Made by a program: the position numbers and the translations under genes. Of a DNA stretch of 64,000 nucleotides, positions 1 through 13,346 are shown one piece after another. This DNA comes from an uncultured Acidimicrobiaceae bacterium (GTDB taxonomy: Bacteria; Actinomycetota; Acidimicrobiia; Acidimicrobiales; RAAP-2), in assembly GCA_963805665.1 (NCBI GenBank), contig CAWDVF010000011.1, positions 393,966-457,965 of the forward strand. Direction: 5' to 3'. The notes under the pieces were generated by a model. That model saw only the letters and a program-made list of their open reading frames with translations, was not told where the DNA came from and did not search any database. Position 1 is the first letter of the stretch. The number at the start of each line of letters is the position of its first letter.

Positions 1-365
1 AGGTTCTTCGAGGCCAGGTACTGGAGCGGGGGCGAGTTCTCGGTGAAGAAGACGTCGGCCGGCGAGTGCCCTCCCTCCTCGACGATCTGGCTGGCCAGCA
101 CGTCCTCGTCGTCGAAGCGCACGTTCACCTTGATGCCCGTCTTCTTTTCGAACGCGCTGACGAGCGCCTGGGTGGTCTGGACGTGCTGGCCGCTGTAGAG
201 GGTGATGGCGGGCGGCGCGGCCCCGGCGGTGCCCGCAGCCCCGAGCACGAGCACTCCCCCGCCGAGGCAGCCGGCAGCCAGCGCCAGGCGGGTCGCCCGC
301 AGCCACGGTCGCCCGCGCCGGCCGGCCGCCGCCGATCCTCGGGCCCGGCGCAGTCTGTTCGGCAT
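1..365 (-). CDS. ABC transporter substrate-binding protein, ferric-iron (FbpA/AfuA-like) family, N-terminal part; 3' end lies beyond the window
   Basis: Own translation of the reverse strand from the ATG at complement 363-365. It is absent from the track because no stop lies in the window. Sequence: MPNRLRRARGS...RLALAAGCLGG (signal peptide with lipobox-like LAAGC), then ITLYSGQHVQTTQALVSAFEKKTGIKVNVRFDDEDVLASQIVEEGGHSPADVFFTENSPPLQYL, typical of Fe(3+)-type periplasmic binding proteins. Confidence 0.7.
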   Translation of the reverse strand, partial: MPNRLRRARGSAAAGRRGRPWLRATRLALAAGCLGGGVLVLGAAGTAGAAPPAITLYSGQHVQTTQALVSAFEKKTGIKVNVRFDDEDVLASQIVEEGGHSPADVFFTENSPPLQYLASKN

Positions 366-386
366 CGGTACGACCTCCGAGTGCCA

Positions 387-2882
<2,496 letters not shown>

Positions 2883-2903
2883 CCCGAGGTCGCCCGCGTT
2901 CGC

Positions 2904-4307
2904 CTAGGCCGCGACGGCGGTCCGGGCGAGCTGGTTCGCCGGGTCGTCCGGCCGCAACAGCCCCGTCTCCTCGGGTTGCGGCGCCAGCAGGTAGGCCCAG
3001 ACGAAGAAGTTGATCGGATAGAGCAGGTAACCCAGCCGCGGGTCGGGCGCCAGCAGGATCAGCGCCGACATGACGACGCCCGAGATCATGCACACCTGCG
3101 CCACCGTGGTCGGCGTGTGCCGCCAGAGGTGGCGGGCCAGCAGCACGGCCAGCACCAGGCCCACCGAGACGGGGAGGACGCGGCTCAAGGAGGGGAACGC
3201 GTTGCACCAAGAGGTGCCCCGGCAGCGCACTGGCCGCCGTCGACGGGATCGCGCTCAACCCGAGCGGGAAGAGGACGACGTCGTCGATCAGCGCGAACGG
3301 CCCGCGCAGCGCGAACGGGAAGATCGCCGGCACCGCCACCACGAGCAGCCCGGCCAGCATGGTCAGCGGGCGCCGTTCCCCCTTGCGGCCGTAGGCGGCG
3401 AAGAGCGCCAGCACGGCCAGCGGCCAGGCGGTGAACTTCATGGCCGACACGATGCCCAGCACGACCCCGGATGCGAACGGGTGTCGCCGCTGGGCCAGGA
3501 CCATGGCGAGCAGGAGGAAGGCGACGACCGGGATGTCGTCGCCGCCCGTGGCCAGCGGGAGCGACGCGATGGGCAAGATCGATCAGCGCCTGGATGGCGC
3601 GGATCTTGCGACGTCCGTCCGCTCGACAGAGATACAGCGCGAGCGCGGCCACCATGATGGTCGTCAGGCAGAAGAAGATGCGCGCGTCGCTGAGCCCGTT
3701 GTTGCGCCAGATGTCGCTCGGGATGCCGAACACCGCCATGAGCGGCAGGTAGGGCAGGAAGCCGGCGTAGTTGGGCTGACCCGGCGCGTGGTACTTCACC
3801 TCGTGGGACGAGCGGTGGATCTTGAGGTAGGGGTCTTGCCCCTTGACCAAGTCCTGCCCGCCGACTTCGACCACGGTCACCTCGGGCTGTTGGTGCGAGC
3901 CGGCCACCCCGTCGAAGCGCCACACGATCTCGAGGCCCATGCGGGATGGCGAGGGCGCCGACGAACACGCAGACGGCCACGACGATGCGTGCCAGCCAGG
4001 CCCGGTGGTGCTGCACCTCGGTCAGCTGGCGCGACGGCCGGCGACGGCGGGCCCGGTGCACCCACCAGACGATGCCCGCCGACGCGAGAGCGCCGAACGC
4101 GAAGGGAGCCAGCGCCATCCGACCCCACACCTGGTACAGCGCGTTGGTCGACGTGTAGATCGTGCCGAGCGCGAAGAGCGCGCTGGCGAAGTACAAGAGC
4201 GCGTCGCCCGCCTCGGGCGAGATCCGGCACACGCGGTCCCACGCCAGCCGCGCCACGTCCCGGGTGCGCTTGCCCCAGTCCATGATGGTGAGTGAGGTCG
4301 TCGGCAT
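2904..4307 (-). CDS. Polytopic membrane glycosyltransferase-like protein (GT-C fold, DUF2029/GT87-like); at least 3 frame switches
   Basis: Four track ORFs in different frames join into one hydrophobic protein: 3438..4475 (from MPTTSLTIMDWGKRTRD, ATG at 4307), 3185..3940, 2842..3576 and 2904..3230. Multiple TM helices are present, e.g. IPVVAFLLLAMVLAQRRHPFASGVVLGIVSAMKFTAWPLAVLALFAAY. The family assignment is from memory of mannosyltransferase-like proteins, not from a search. Confidence 0.5.
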
Positions 4308-4363
4308 GGCGTTTCGAATCCTCGCGCACGGCCCGTTGCAGGCGGAACCCTGCTGCAGTGATC

Positions 4364-6341
4364 CTAGAGCCGCAGCTCCGCCAAATAGAACGACAGTTCC
4401 GCCTCGAGGCATGCGGTGAGGGTGTCGGCCCGCCGGAATCCGTGGCCCTCGCCTTCGAAGAACCGCAGGTCGCACGGGGTGCCGGCCGCGACGAGGGCGT
4501 CACGCATGCGCTCGGCCTGCTCCGGCGGCACCACGGCGTCTTCCGTGCCCTGGAGCAGGAGGACCGCTCCGTTCATCTCGGCGGCCCGGCTGACCGGGGA
4601 GCGCTCGACGAAGAGCGACTCTGCCGCCGGCAGCGGGCCGATCAGGCGGTCGGTGTAGTGCGCCTCGAAGTCGTGGGTGGTGGCGACGAGGCGCACCAGG
4701 TCGGTCACCCCGTAGGAGGCGGTGCAGGCGGCGAACCCCTCCCCCGCCGCCAGCGCGTTGAGCGCCGTCATGCCGCCTGCGCTCCCGCCACGGACGGCCA
4801 TCCGACCGGCGTCGACGTCGCCGCGCTCGCCCAGGTGGCGCGCCGCGTCGAGGCAGTCCTCGGCGTCGGCGACGCCCCACAGCCCGCGCAGCGCGTCGCG
4901 GTAGGCGCGCCCGTACCCCGAGCTCCCGGCGTAGTCGACGCACGCGACGGCGAAGCCGCGCGTGGTGAAGAACTGCAGGGTCAGATCGAGGCCCGGCTGG
5001 CTGGCCGAGGTGGGCCCCGAGTGGCACCACGTCACCAGCGGAGGCGGGCCACCCGCAGCCCCGGCGTGGCCCTCGCGACCCGGGGGCCGGTACAGCGTCC
5101 CGTGCACCGGACGCCCGGAACGGCCGGTCAGGGTGAAGGGCTCGCCCCGGGCGAAGGTGTCGGGTCCGAGGTTGACGGCGAACGAGGGCGCGGGCCGCAG
5201 GGGGCGTGGGGCGGCGGCGGCGCCCGCCCCGCCCAGGTCGACGATCCAGACGTTGGAGGGTACGTCGGGCGTGCTGCCGACGATCGCCAGGCCGTCACCG
5301 TGCGCGCAAAGCGCGGCGATCGACATGCAGGGCTGCGCAACGACCTCGGGCGCCCCGCCCGGGTGCAGGCGCACCACGGCGTCGCGCCCCGACGAGGTCT
5401 GGCGGACCACGAGCGCGCCGCCGGGCATCTCCGCCATCGTCGCCTGGCCGAGGACCCAGTCGGGACCGTGGTACTCGGCCGCCGCGTCGCTCGAGCGCGA
5501 CGGGCTCGGCCCGCTCGTCGAAGGGCGCCGCATGGACGTACGGCTGCCACCAGCCGCGCCGGTCCGAGACGAAGCGCAGCGTGCCGTCGCGCTGCCAGGC
5601 CGGCTGCCCCACCGACTCGTCGGCCCCGCCGGCGACGGTCGTCGGCGGGCCGGCCGCACTGAGCGTGTGGTCGGATCGGGCGAGGGCCACCACGACGAGC
5701 GACGACGCGTCCCACGGCATGTCGGGGTGGTCCCACACCACCACGGCGAGCCGCCCGACCGTCGCATCGACCCGGGGGGCGCCGAAGAAGTCGTGCCCCG
5801 CCAGCACCGTCGACTCCGACGGCGTCGCGGAACGCGTGGAGAACGCGACAATGCTGCGCGTGGGGGGCCCGTGCCCCCCGTGCTGCACTTCGCGGACAGC
5901 CAGCACCCAGTCGCCGTCGGCCGTGGCGGTCAGGCCGCCGTGGCGCGCCGAGTGCGTCGGCGTCGGCGTCGGCGCCGAGAGCGCCCGCGGCGGCACCGGG
6001 CCCGGAGCGTCCGTGCCGCCGTCGCACCACCACACCTGCTGGTCCGCCTGGTCCACGTAGGCGAAGGCACCGGCGGCGTGCCCGGGCACCAGGCAGACGG
6101 CGCCGCCGCCGTATTCGTGCACCCGGCTCCGGATGCTGACGCCGGCGGGCGAATGGTCGTGGCGCCCGTCGGCGTCGGCGCGCACGAACACCACGCGCCC
6201 GTTCTCCTCGGGCCGGGCCTCGAGCCAGTAGAGCGACTCGCCGTCCGAGCACAGGTCGGCCAGCGAGATCTTGCCGCGGGCCACCTCCTCCGCCGACAAC
6301 GGGGAGGGCCAACGCCCGTAGTCTGAAGTCGTGAGCACCAC
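4364..6341 (-). CDS. S9 family serine peptidase (prolyl oligopeptidase / acylaminoacyl-peptidase type); one frame switch near 5500
   Basis: Track ORF 5295..6341 gives the beta-propeller part (SLYWLEARPEENGRVVFV...). ORF 4364..5851 gives the catalytic part, with GGSAGG nucleophile motif, VDYAGSSGYGRAYRDAL and LLLQGTEDAVVP...FEGEGHGF. Confidence 0.85.
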
Positions 6342-7401
6342 CGTGCGAACGTACCCGGCGGAGGCACCCGCGCCGGGACCCGACGCCGTCGACGGGCTCT
6401 ACAGTGAGTCGGTGCGCTTCCCGGCCTACGTGCTGACGAAGTCGGGTGAGGTGATCCGCCCCGCCGTCGTCCAACTGGGAACCGACGACCTCCCGGCCGG
6501 CGACGTGCTGATCGCAGTGGAGTGGTCCGCCATCAACTTCAAGGACGCCATGGTCACCCGCCCCGGGAACCGGGTGGCCCGCCGGTTCCCCCTCGTCCCG
6601 GGCGTCGAGCTGACCGGGAAGGTCGAGGAGAGCACCCACGACGACTTCACGCCCGGCCAGCGCGTCCTGGTCCAGGGGTACGACCTCGGCGTCGCCCACC
6701 ACGGGGGCTTCGCCGCCTACGCCCGGGTGCCGGCCGACTGGGTGGTGCCGCTCCCCGAGTCGTTGAGCTGTCGCAACGCCGCCATCATCGGCCTGGCCGG
6801 CTTGACCGCCCTCCTCTCGCTGCACCGGCTGCGCCAGCACGGGACCACGATCGAGGACGGCCCGGTTTTGGTCACCGGCGCGTCCGGCGGGGTGGGCAGC
6901 ACGGCCGTGGCCATGCTGGCCGCCGCCGGCTACGAGGTCGTCGCGTCATCGGGCAAGACGGCCGAGCACGAGTACTTGAAGGAGCTCGGCGCCGCCCAGG
7001 TGGTCGGCCGCCAGTTCACCGAGGACGACGGGCGCACGCTCGGCCCCCAGCTCTGGGGCGGCGTGGTCGACTGCGTCGGCGGCACCGCGCTGGCCGAAGC
7101 GCTACGGACCGTCCGTTACGGCGGGGCCGTCGCGGCCAGCGGGCTCACCGGGGGCAACGACCTCGCCACGACGGTGTACCCGTTCATCGTGCGCGGCGTC
7201 GCGCTGTTGGGGATCGACACGGTGGCGACGCCCATCGAGGAGCGCCGCGCGCTGTGGACCGAGATGCCCGAGGCGTTCCCGCTCGAGCGCTGCGAGGACA
7301 TGGTCAACGAGGAGATCGGCCTCGACGGCCTCACCGTGGCCCTCGGGCGCGTCCTCGACGCCGCCGTGCGCGGGCGCATCCTGGTCGCCCCGGCCCGCTA
7401 G
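6331..7401 (+). CDS. acuI: YhdH/AcuI-family NADPH-dependent oxidoreductase (MDR superfamily)
   Basis: Intact 356-aa ORF: WSAINFKDAMVT...FPLVPGVELTG...VTGASGGVGSTAVAMLAAAGYEVVASSGKTAEHEYLKELGA...YGGAVAASGLTGG. It aligns by eye along its length with E. coli YhdH. Confidence 0.85.
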   Translation: MSTTVRTYPAEAPAPGPDAVDGLYSESVRFPAYVLTKSGEVIRPAVVQLGTDDLPAGDVLIAVEWSAINFKDAMVTRPGNRVARRFPLVPGVELTGKVEESTHDDFTPGQRVLVQGYDLGVAHHGGFAAYARVPADWVVPLPESLSCRNAAIIGLAGLTALLSLHRLRQHGTTIEDGPVLVTGASGGVGSTAVAMLAAAGYEVVASSGKTAEHEYLKELGAAQVVGRQFTEDDGRTLGPQLWGGVVDCVGGTALAEALRTVRYGGAVAASGLTGGNDLATTVYPFIVRGVALLGIDTVATPIEERRALWTEMPEAFPLERCEDMVNEEIGLDGLTVALGRVLDAAVRGRILVAPAR

Positions 7402-7456
7402 TCCCTCCGAGAAGTCCGGAGGTTCATCGTGCGCCGGGCGCCGCGCCCGGCCCGTC

Positions 7457-8062
7457 CTACGCCTTGTAGAGCGGCGACACCCTGATCGTGCCGTTGCCGC
7501 ACGGGGCGATGGCCAGGGCGAAGCCCGGTGACGACGTCGTGGCGCCGGGCATCGTCACCGACGCCTGCTCGGAGCTCGGGCAACTGGTCTGGGCCCCGAC
7601 CGGCACGTCGGAGAACTGGTAGGCGAACTGGGCGGTGGACGACGGTGCGATCGCCACCGACGCCGGCGGCGCGTTGGCCGCGGGCGACAGGTTGACCGAG
7701 AGGCCGTTCACCATGGTGACGGTGAGCGGGGCGCCGCTCCCCGAGAAGAGCGCCACCGTCGGGTAGCCGTCGACGGTGCAGGTGGTCGTGCCGGTGTTGG
7801 TCACCGTCACCACGCCCGTGATGGTGCCCGCGGCGCCTTGTGACTGTCCCGGTGACGCCGTGATGTGGTTGCACGCCGCCGAGGCGGCCGTCGTGCTCGT
7901 GGCGGGGGCGGCGGTGGTCGAGGTGGTGGACGACGACGTCGTGGTGGCGGCGCGGTGGGTGGTGGTCGTCGTCGAGTGCTTCGGGTTCGGGCTGCTGCTG
8001 CACGCCGCCAGAAGGAAGCCGCCGCCCGCCAGTGCGGCGAGCGCCCATCGCGAGGGGCTCAC
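7457..8062 (-). CDS. Secreted lipoprotein, DUF4232-like
   Basis: Intact ORF with lipobox LLAACSS, a Thr/Ser-rich linker, then TGVVTVTNTGTTTCTVDGYPTVALF...CPSS, typical of DUF4232. Confidence 0.65.
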   Translation of the reverse strand: MSPSRWALAALAGGGFLLAACSSSPNPKHSTTTTTHRAATTTSSSTTSTTAAPATSTTAASAACNHITASPGQSQGAAGTITGVVTVTNTGTTTCTVDGYPTVALFSGSGAPLTVTMVNGLSVNLSPAANAPPASVAIAPSSTAQFAYQFSDVPVGAQTSCPSSEQASVTMPGATTSSPGFALAIAPCGNGTIRVSPLYKA

Positions 8063-8559
8063 CCCTCGAAGTCTTCCGGCCGGACCGAGTCGAGGAACTG
8101 GCGGAATTGTCCCACCAGCTCGTCGGGTGTGTCCTCTTCCTCTTCCTCGGCGTCGAGCGTGAGGATGATCCCCTCGGACTCCATGAGCTCGTCGGACACG
8201 AAGATCGGCGACTCGGTGCGCACGGCGACGGCGACGGCGTCGGAGGGCCGGCTCGACACGATCGTGCGCTCCTCGCCGCGCACCAGGTGCAGCTCGGCGT
8301 AGTAGGTCGACGACCGCAACTCGGTGATGATCACGCGCTCGACGCTGATGTCGAGCGCCCCGAGCATGTCCCGCATCAGGTCGTGGGTGAGAGGGCGGGG
8401 CATCGTCACGCCCTGGAGCGCGTAGGCGATGGCGGTCGCCTCGGGGCTCCCGATAAAGATCGGCAACGTGCGCCCCTCACCTTGTGTCTCCTGGAGCAGG
8501 AGCACTGGAGTGTTCGATTGCAGGTCCACCCGGACCGCACGGAGAAGCACACGGACCAC
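8059..8559 (-). CDS. Bifunctional nuclease family protein (DUF151/BFN domain)
   Basis: Track ORF 8059..8640: VRVDLQSNTPVLLLQE...RTLPIFIGSPEATAIAYALQGVTMPRPLTHDLMRDML...VIITELRSSTYYAEL. The start was moved to an internal GTG near 8559. Occupies the Rv1829-equivalent position downstream of the MerR gene. Confidence 0.8.
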   Translation of the reverse strand: MVRVLLRAVRVDLQSNTPVLLLQETQGEGRTLPIFIGSPEATAIAYALQGVTMPRPLTHDLMRDMLGALDISVERVIITELRSSTYYAELHLVRGEERTIVSSRPSDAVAVAVRTESPIFVSDELMESEGIILTLDAEEEEEDTPDELVGQFRQFLDSVRPEDFEG

Positions 8560-8593
8560 GTAGAGAAATGTAGCGCCCGCTGCCGGCCGTGCG

Positions 8594-9799
8594 TCACCCC
8601 CCCAAGTGCTGGCGCAGAGCCTGGCGGAGCAACGAGGCACGCAGGGACTGTCCCAGGGCCGCCAGCTGCTCCGCTCCCTCGGTGGCCCGCTGCCGGGATT
8701 CGGGGTTCCGCTGGCGCAGCAGAGGGATGACGATCTGCTCGATCAGGCCCATCTCGCGGTCGACGGCGTTGCGGTACAGGCGCAGGTGCCGCGGCTCGAT
8801 GCCGAAGGCCCGGAAGGCGGCCGCCAGGTTGGCCACCGTCAGCGCCTCCTCGTCGTAGGTCTCCAGGCCGGCGACGCGCACCGGGCAGATCAGCCCGAAG
8901 CCCTCGAGGCCGGTCAGCTCCTCGGCCGACAGGCCCGAGGCGGCGCAGAGCTCTTCGGCGGTGAGGCTGGCGCCGGTGACCATGGCGGTCGTGGTCGCGG
9001 CCGCCGCTGCTGCCGCGGCTGATGCCGCCTCGCCGCCGTTGCGCGCCGGCGAGGGACGCGCCGGAGGTGGGCCGGCCGCCGGGGCATTCGGGCGTGCCGG
9101 GGCGTCGGTGGCCGTCGCGGCCGGTGGCCGCTCGTTCCGCGGCGGGCCGCCCTCGGCGCGCGGGGCGCCGCTGCGATCGGGCGCCGCCCCCCGGGCGGCG
9201 TTCGCTGCGCTCGTGCCGGCCGTGACCGCCACCTCGGGCCTGGCCGAGGCGGGCGCGGCGGCGGTCCGTTCGGCGCCGCCTGGCGATCCCGGCCCGGCGG
9301 CCGGAGCGGCCGGGCCGCGCGCCGGCGCGACGTCGGAGGCGGTGCCCTCGCGACCACCTGCAACCCGCGGCGGGGCTGGGCGGTCTCGGGCATGAGCGCC
9401 GTCCGGCGCGAGGCGTCGGCCAGGATGCGCGCCATGGCCTCCTCGTCGGCCTTGGTCGGCTGCTCGTCCTCGGGGGCCATCGCCGCAGCGGCGTGGCGCC
9501 CCGCCGGCTCGGCCGGCTTGCCGTTGGCCCGCTCGGGCGACAGGTCGTCCAGCTCACCGTCGGCCAGGCGGTCCCGGATCACCTTGAGGGGCAGGAAGTG
9601 CTCCCGCTGCTGGCGCAGGACCCAGCGCAGGCGCTCGACGTCGTGCTCGAAGAACTTGCGGTAGCCCGACGGGCGAGCGCTCCGGGTTGACCAGGCCCTG
9701 GCTCTCGAGGAACCGGATCTTCGAGATGGTGACGTCGGGGAACTCCTCTCGCAGCAGCGTCAGGACGTCACCGATGGAGAGGTACGTACGGCTGCTCAC
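8594..9799 (-). CDS. MerR-family transcriptional regulator (Rv1828/FtsR-like); at least 2 frame switches
   Basis: The N-terminal HTH ([42 protein letters not shown]) shifts frame near 9665 to [34 protein letters not shown] (ORF 8914..9582). The C-terminal domain is in ORF 8594..9232 ([21 protein letters not shown]...[13 protein letters not shown]). The GTG start at 9799 overlaps the upstream stop (GTGA). Confidence 0.8.
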
Positions 9800-10299
9800 T
9801 CGTTTCCAGCCACCAGGTAGACCAGCTTGAACTTGCCGATCTGCACCTCGTCGCCGGGTGCGAGCTGCGACCTCGTCGATCCGCTCCCGGTTGACGTAGG
9901 TGCCGTTCAGCGAGCCCGACGTCGCGCAGCCGAGTAGGCGCCGCCGTCCTTGGGCGTGATCTCGACGTGGCGCCGCGAGACCGTGATGTCGTCGAGGAAG
10001 ATGTCGCTCTCGGGGTGGCGGCCGGCCCGGACCACCGTGTCGCCCAGGAGGTAGCGAGCCCCGATGTTGGGGCCCCGGGTGACCACGAGCACGCCCGCGC
10101 CGTGCGGGCACCTCGACCAGGGTGACGTCCGGGCGCCTCGTCGGCGGCGTCGGTGTCGTCGGCGGGATGGAGCGTGATGGTGGCATCGTCGCCGTCCGCC
10201 AGCGAGTGCGTGTCCGCACGAGGAACAGAAGTTGACGCCCTCGGGGTTGCGATGCCCGCAGTTGTGACAGAACACGACGTCCACGGTACCCCACCCCAC
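9796..10299 (-). CDS. FHA-domain protein (GarA/OdhI position) with N-terminal zinc-ribbon; about 3 frame switches
   Basis: Zinc ribbon: [24 protein letters not shown] core: [45 protein letters not shown] (ORF 9907..10299), then [16 protein letters not shown] and [19 protein letters not shown]-stop recovered in two other frames. Confidence 0.8.
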
Positions 10300-10338
10300 G
10301 ACCGCCTTCTCCGTGGCTCGGGCAGCCCGAACACGGGT

Positions 10339-10721
10339 TCAGTCCGCCGTCAGCTCACCGTAGGCGGCCGCGTCGAGCAGGCTCGAGACGTCGGCCCCGT
10401 CGGCCAGGTTCCAGTTCGCAGATCCACCCCTCGCCGTAGGGATCCTCGTTGATCCGCTCCGGCGTCGGCGTCGAGCGCGTCGTTCACCGCCGCGACCGTG
10501 CCGGCGAGCGGCGCGTAGATCTCCGACACCGACTTGGTCGACTCGACCTCGCCGAGCTGGCCGCCCGCGTCCACCTCGGTCCCGACCGCGGGCAGCTCGA
10601 CGAACACGATGTCGCCCAGGGCGTCCTGGGCGTAGTCGGTGATGCCGATGCGGGCACGCGTGCCCTCGACGCGCACCCACTCGTGTTCGGCCGAGTACCG
10701 AAGGTCGTCGGGGATGTTCAT
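10339..10721 (-). CDS. gcvH: Glycine cleavage system protein H; 2 frame switches near the 3' end
   Basis: [76 protein letters not shown] (lipoyl-lysine motif ESTK). The tail ...[23 protein letters not shown] is found in ORF 10339..10938. Confidence 0.9.
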
Positions 10722-10808
10722 GAGGGGCGACCATACCGGACCGGCCACGCACTCGCCGCGGCTGCACGGGGCGTGCGGGCCGGCGCCCAACGCGCGTCGG
10801 CCCGGCGG

Positions 10809-13346
10809 TCAGTCCGCCGCCAGCGCGGCGATCTGCTCGACGTAGGGCCGCGCCAGCGCCACCGACCCCGGCAGGTCGGTGCCCTCGGCCCACACGTGGG
10901 TCACCGGCTCCTCGGGGTCGGGGACGACGAGCACCCACCCGTCGTCGGACTGCACCTTGATCCCGTCGACCAGCACCAGGTCGGCCCCCTCCTCGGCCAG
11001 CTGCTCCATGAGGGTGCGCATGATCAGGCCCTTCTGCTCGAGGGGCGTCGCCACCTCCTCGTGCACGATCGGCATCGGCGGCATGGCGTCGACCACCTCC
11101 GTCGAGCGAGCTCGAGCCGCGGCCGAGCAGCGCCGATCAGGCGGGACCAGGGCGGCCGCGGCGTCGAAGGCGGGCAGGAAGGCCGGGAAGATGTAGCCGC
11201 CCCGTTGGTCGGACGGCGAAGGTCGACGCCGCCCGAGGCGGCCGCCTCCATCAGGCCCGGCGCCGAGAGCGGGACCAGCTCGACCTCGATCGCCGCGCTG
11301 CCGCGCAGCTCGCCGCAGCGTCGCGCGCGCTGCGCCGTCACCGGCAGCGGCGACCGTTCGCCGGTGTCGCCCGGCTCCGCGCCGAGCGTCGAGGAAGGCG
11401 AGCGATCGCCTCGTCGTCGGTCAGCACGTGCCCGCGTGCCGTCGACGAGGGTGAGGTGCTCGCCGCCGGGGTCGATCACCGCGCCGAGGTCGGCGCCCGA
11501 CGCCGCGCACCACCTCGGCCACCCGCGCCTCGCTGACGGCCCGGTCGACGGCGATCATCCCCGGCGTCTGCGCGTACGGGTTGATGCTCAGCACGTCGGC
11601 CCCCACCTTCGACAGCAGGTTGGGCATGACGAAGCTGGCCGCGCCGTAGGAGAGGTCGAGCACGAGCTTGAGCTGGCGGCCCGTCGCACGCGGCGCAGGT
11701 CGAAGGCCTCCACCAGGTCGGCGGTGTAGTGCTCGATGGCGCGGGGCGAGAAGTCGATGTCGCCGATCTCACCCGCCGTGCACCCGACGGAACTCCTCGC
11801 GGTGGTACAGCCGCTCGATCTCGCCGCTGCGTCGGTCTCGGAGAGGTCGATGCCCGCGGTCGTCGAAGAAGCGGATGACCACCGACTGCGGGTCGTCGGG
11901 GCTCAGGCGCACGGTGAGCCCGCCCCGGGTGGCCCGGGTGCGGACGTGGTGGCGGGTCACCGGGACGGTGGCCACCTCGAGGTCGGTGACGTTGACGCCC
12001 GACCGAGTTGCAGCCCGACCATGAGGGCCCGCTTGAGCACCCGGGCCGCCCGGCTGGTGTCGCGCGAGGTGGTGATGTAGCGAGCCCTTCTCGAAGCGCC
12101 GACGCCCACGCCTTGGCCAGGCGCACGGCCAGCTCGGGGCTGATGTCGACGTTGGCGATGCCCGGCGACGCCGTCGCGGCCGAAGAGGGTGCGGGCGCCG
12201 CCGGACTCCCACACGATCGACGAGTTGCACCTGGCGCCGGCCTCGACCGACCTTGTAGGGGTAGACCTTGACGTCGCCGCGCACCTCGGCGTGCGCGCCG
12301 ACGAGGCAGCCCTCGCCGACCACCGACGCCCGGCTCGCAGCGCGCGCCCGGCCGCAGGTCGCACGAGCGCCCGAGCACGGCGCCCTCGCACCCGGACGCC
12401 GGGCCGAGGTAGGAGTTCTCGCCGATGACCGAGCGCCGGATCTCGGCCCGCTCGGCCACCCGCGCGTTGGCGCCGATCGTCGGTGTAGGCGCCGAGGACG
12501 GCGCCGCGCGTCGACCGTGCAGTTCTCGCCGATGAACGCCGGCCACTCGAGCCGGGCCAGCGGGTCGATCGACGACCCCTTGCCCAGCCAGACGCCCGGG
12601 CCGCAGCTCGAAGCCGGAGATGTCGACGTCCACCTTGCCGTCGAGGATGTCCTCGTGCGCCTTGCAGGTAGGCCGCCGTGGTGCCGACGTCCTCCCAGTA
12701 GCCCGTCGGCCACGTAGCCGAAGAGCGGCCGCGCCGTCCTCGAGCAGCGGCGGGGAAGACCTCGCTCGAGAAGTCGACCGAGCGGCCCGCGGGGATGCAG
12801 GTCGAAGATCTCGGGCTCGAGCACGTAGATGCCGGTGTTGATGGTGTCGCTGAAGACCTGGCCCCAGCCGGGCTTCTCCAAGAAGCGCTCGATGGACGCC
12901 GTCCTCGCGGGTGATGACGATGCCGAACTCGAGCGGGTTCTCCACCGCGCTCAGCGCCGATGGTGGCCAGGGCGTCGTTCTTCTCGTGGAACGCGACGAT
13001 CTCGGTCAGGTCGATGTCGGTCAGCACGTCACCGGAGATGACCAGGAAGCGCTCGGTCAGCTGCGTCCATGGCGTTGCGCACCGAGCCGGCGGTGCCGAG
13101 CGGCGTCTCCTCGGTGGCGTACACCATGCGCACGCCGAGCTCGCTGCCGTCGCCGAAGTAGCTGCGGATGGCGTTGGGCAGGAAGGCGACGGTGACGACG
13201 ATGTCGGTGATGCCGTGGCGCCGCAGCAGCGAGACGATGTGCTCCATCATCGGGCGGCCGACCAGCGGCAGCATCGGCTTGGGCAGGTTCGACGTCTGCG
13301 GGCGCAGGCGGGTGCCCTCGCCGCCGGCCATGATCACGGCCTTCAT
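10809..13346 (-). CDS. Fusion protein: sugar-1-phosphate nucleotidyltransferase (GDP-mannose pyrophosphorylase-like, with hexapeptide-repeat region) plus phosphohexomutase (PMM/PGM-like); at least 6 frame switches
   Basis: N-terminus: [38 protein letters not shown] (ORF 13029..13385). Then [39 protein letters not shown] and [25 protein letters not shown] in three alternating frames. Mutase-like pieces follow: [48 protein letters not shown], and the C-terminus [32 protein letters not shown] (ORF 10809..11096). Confidence 0.7.
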
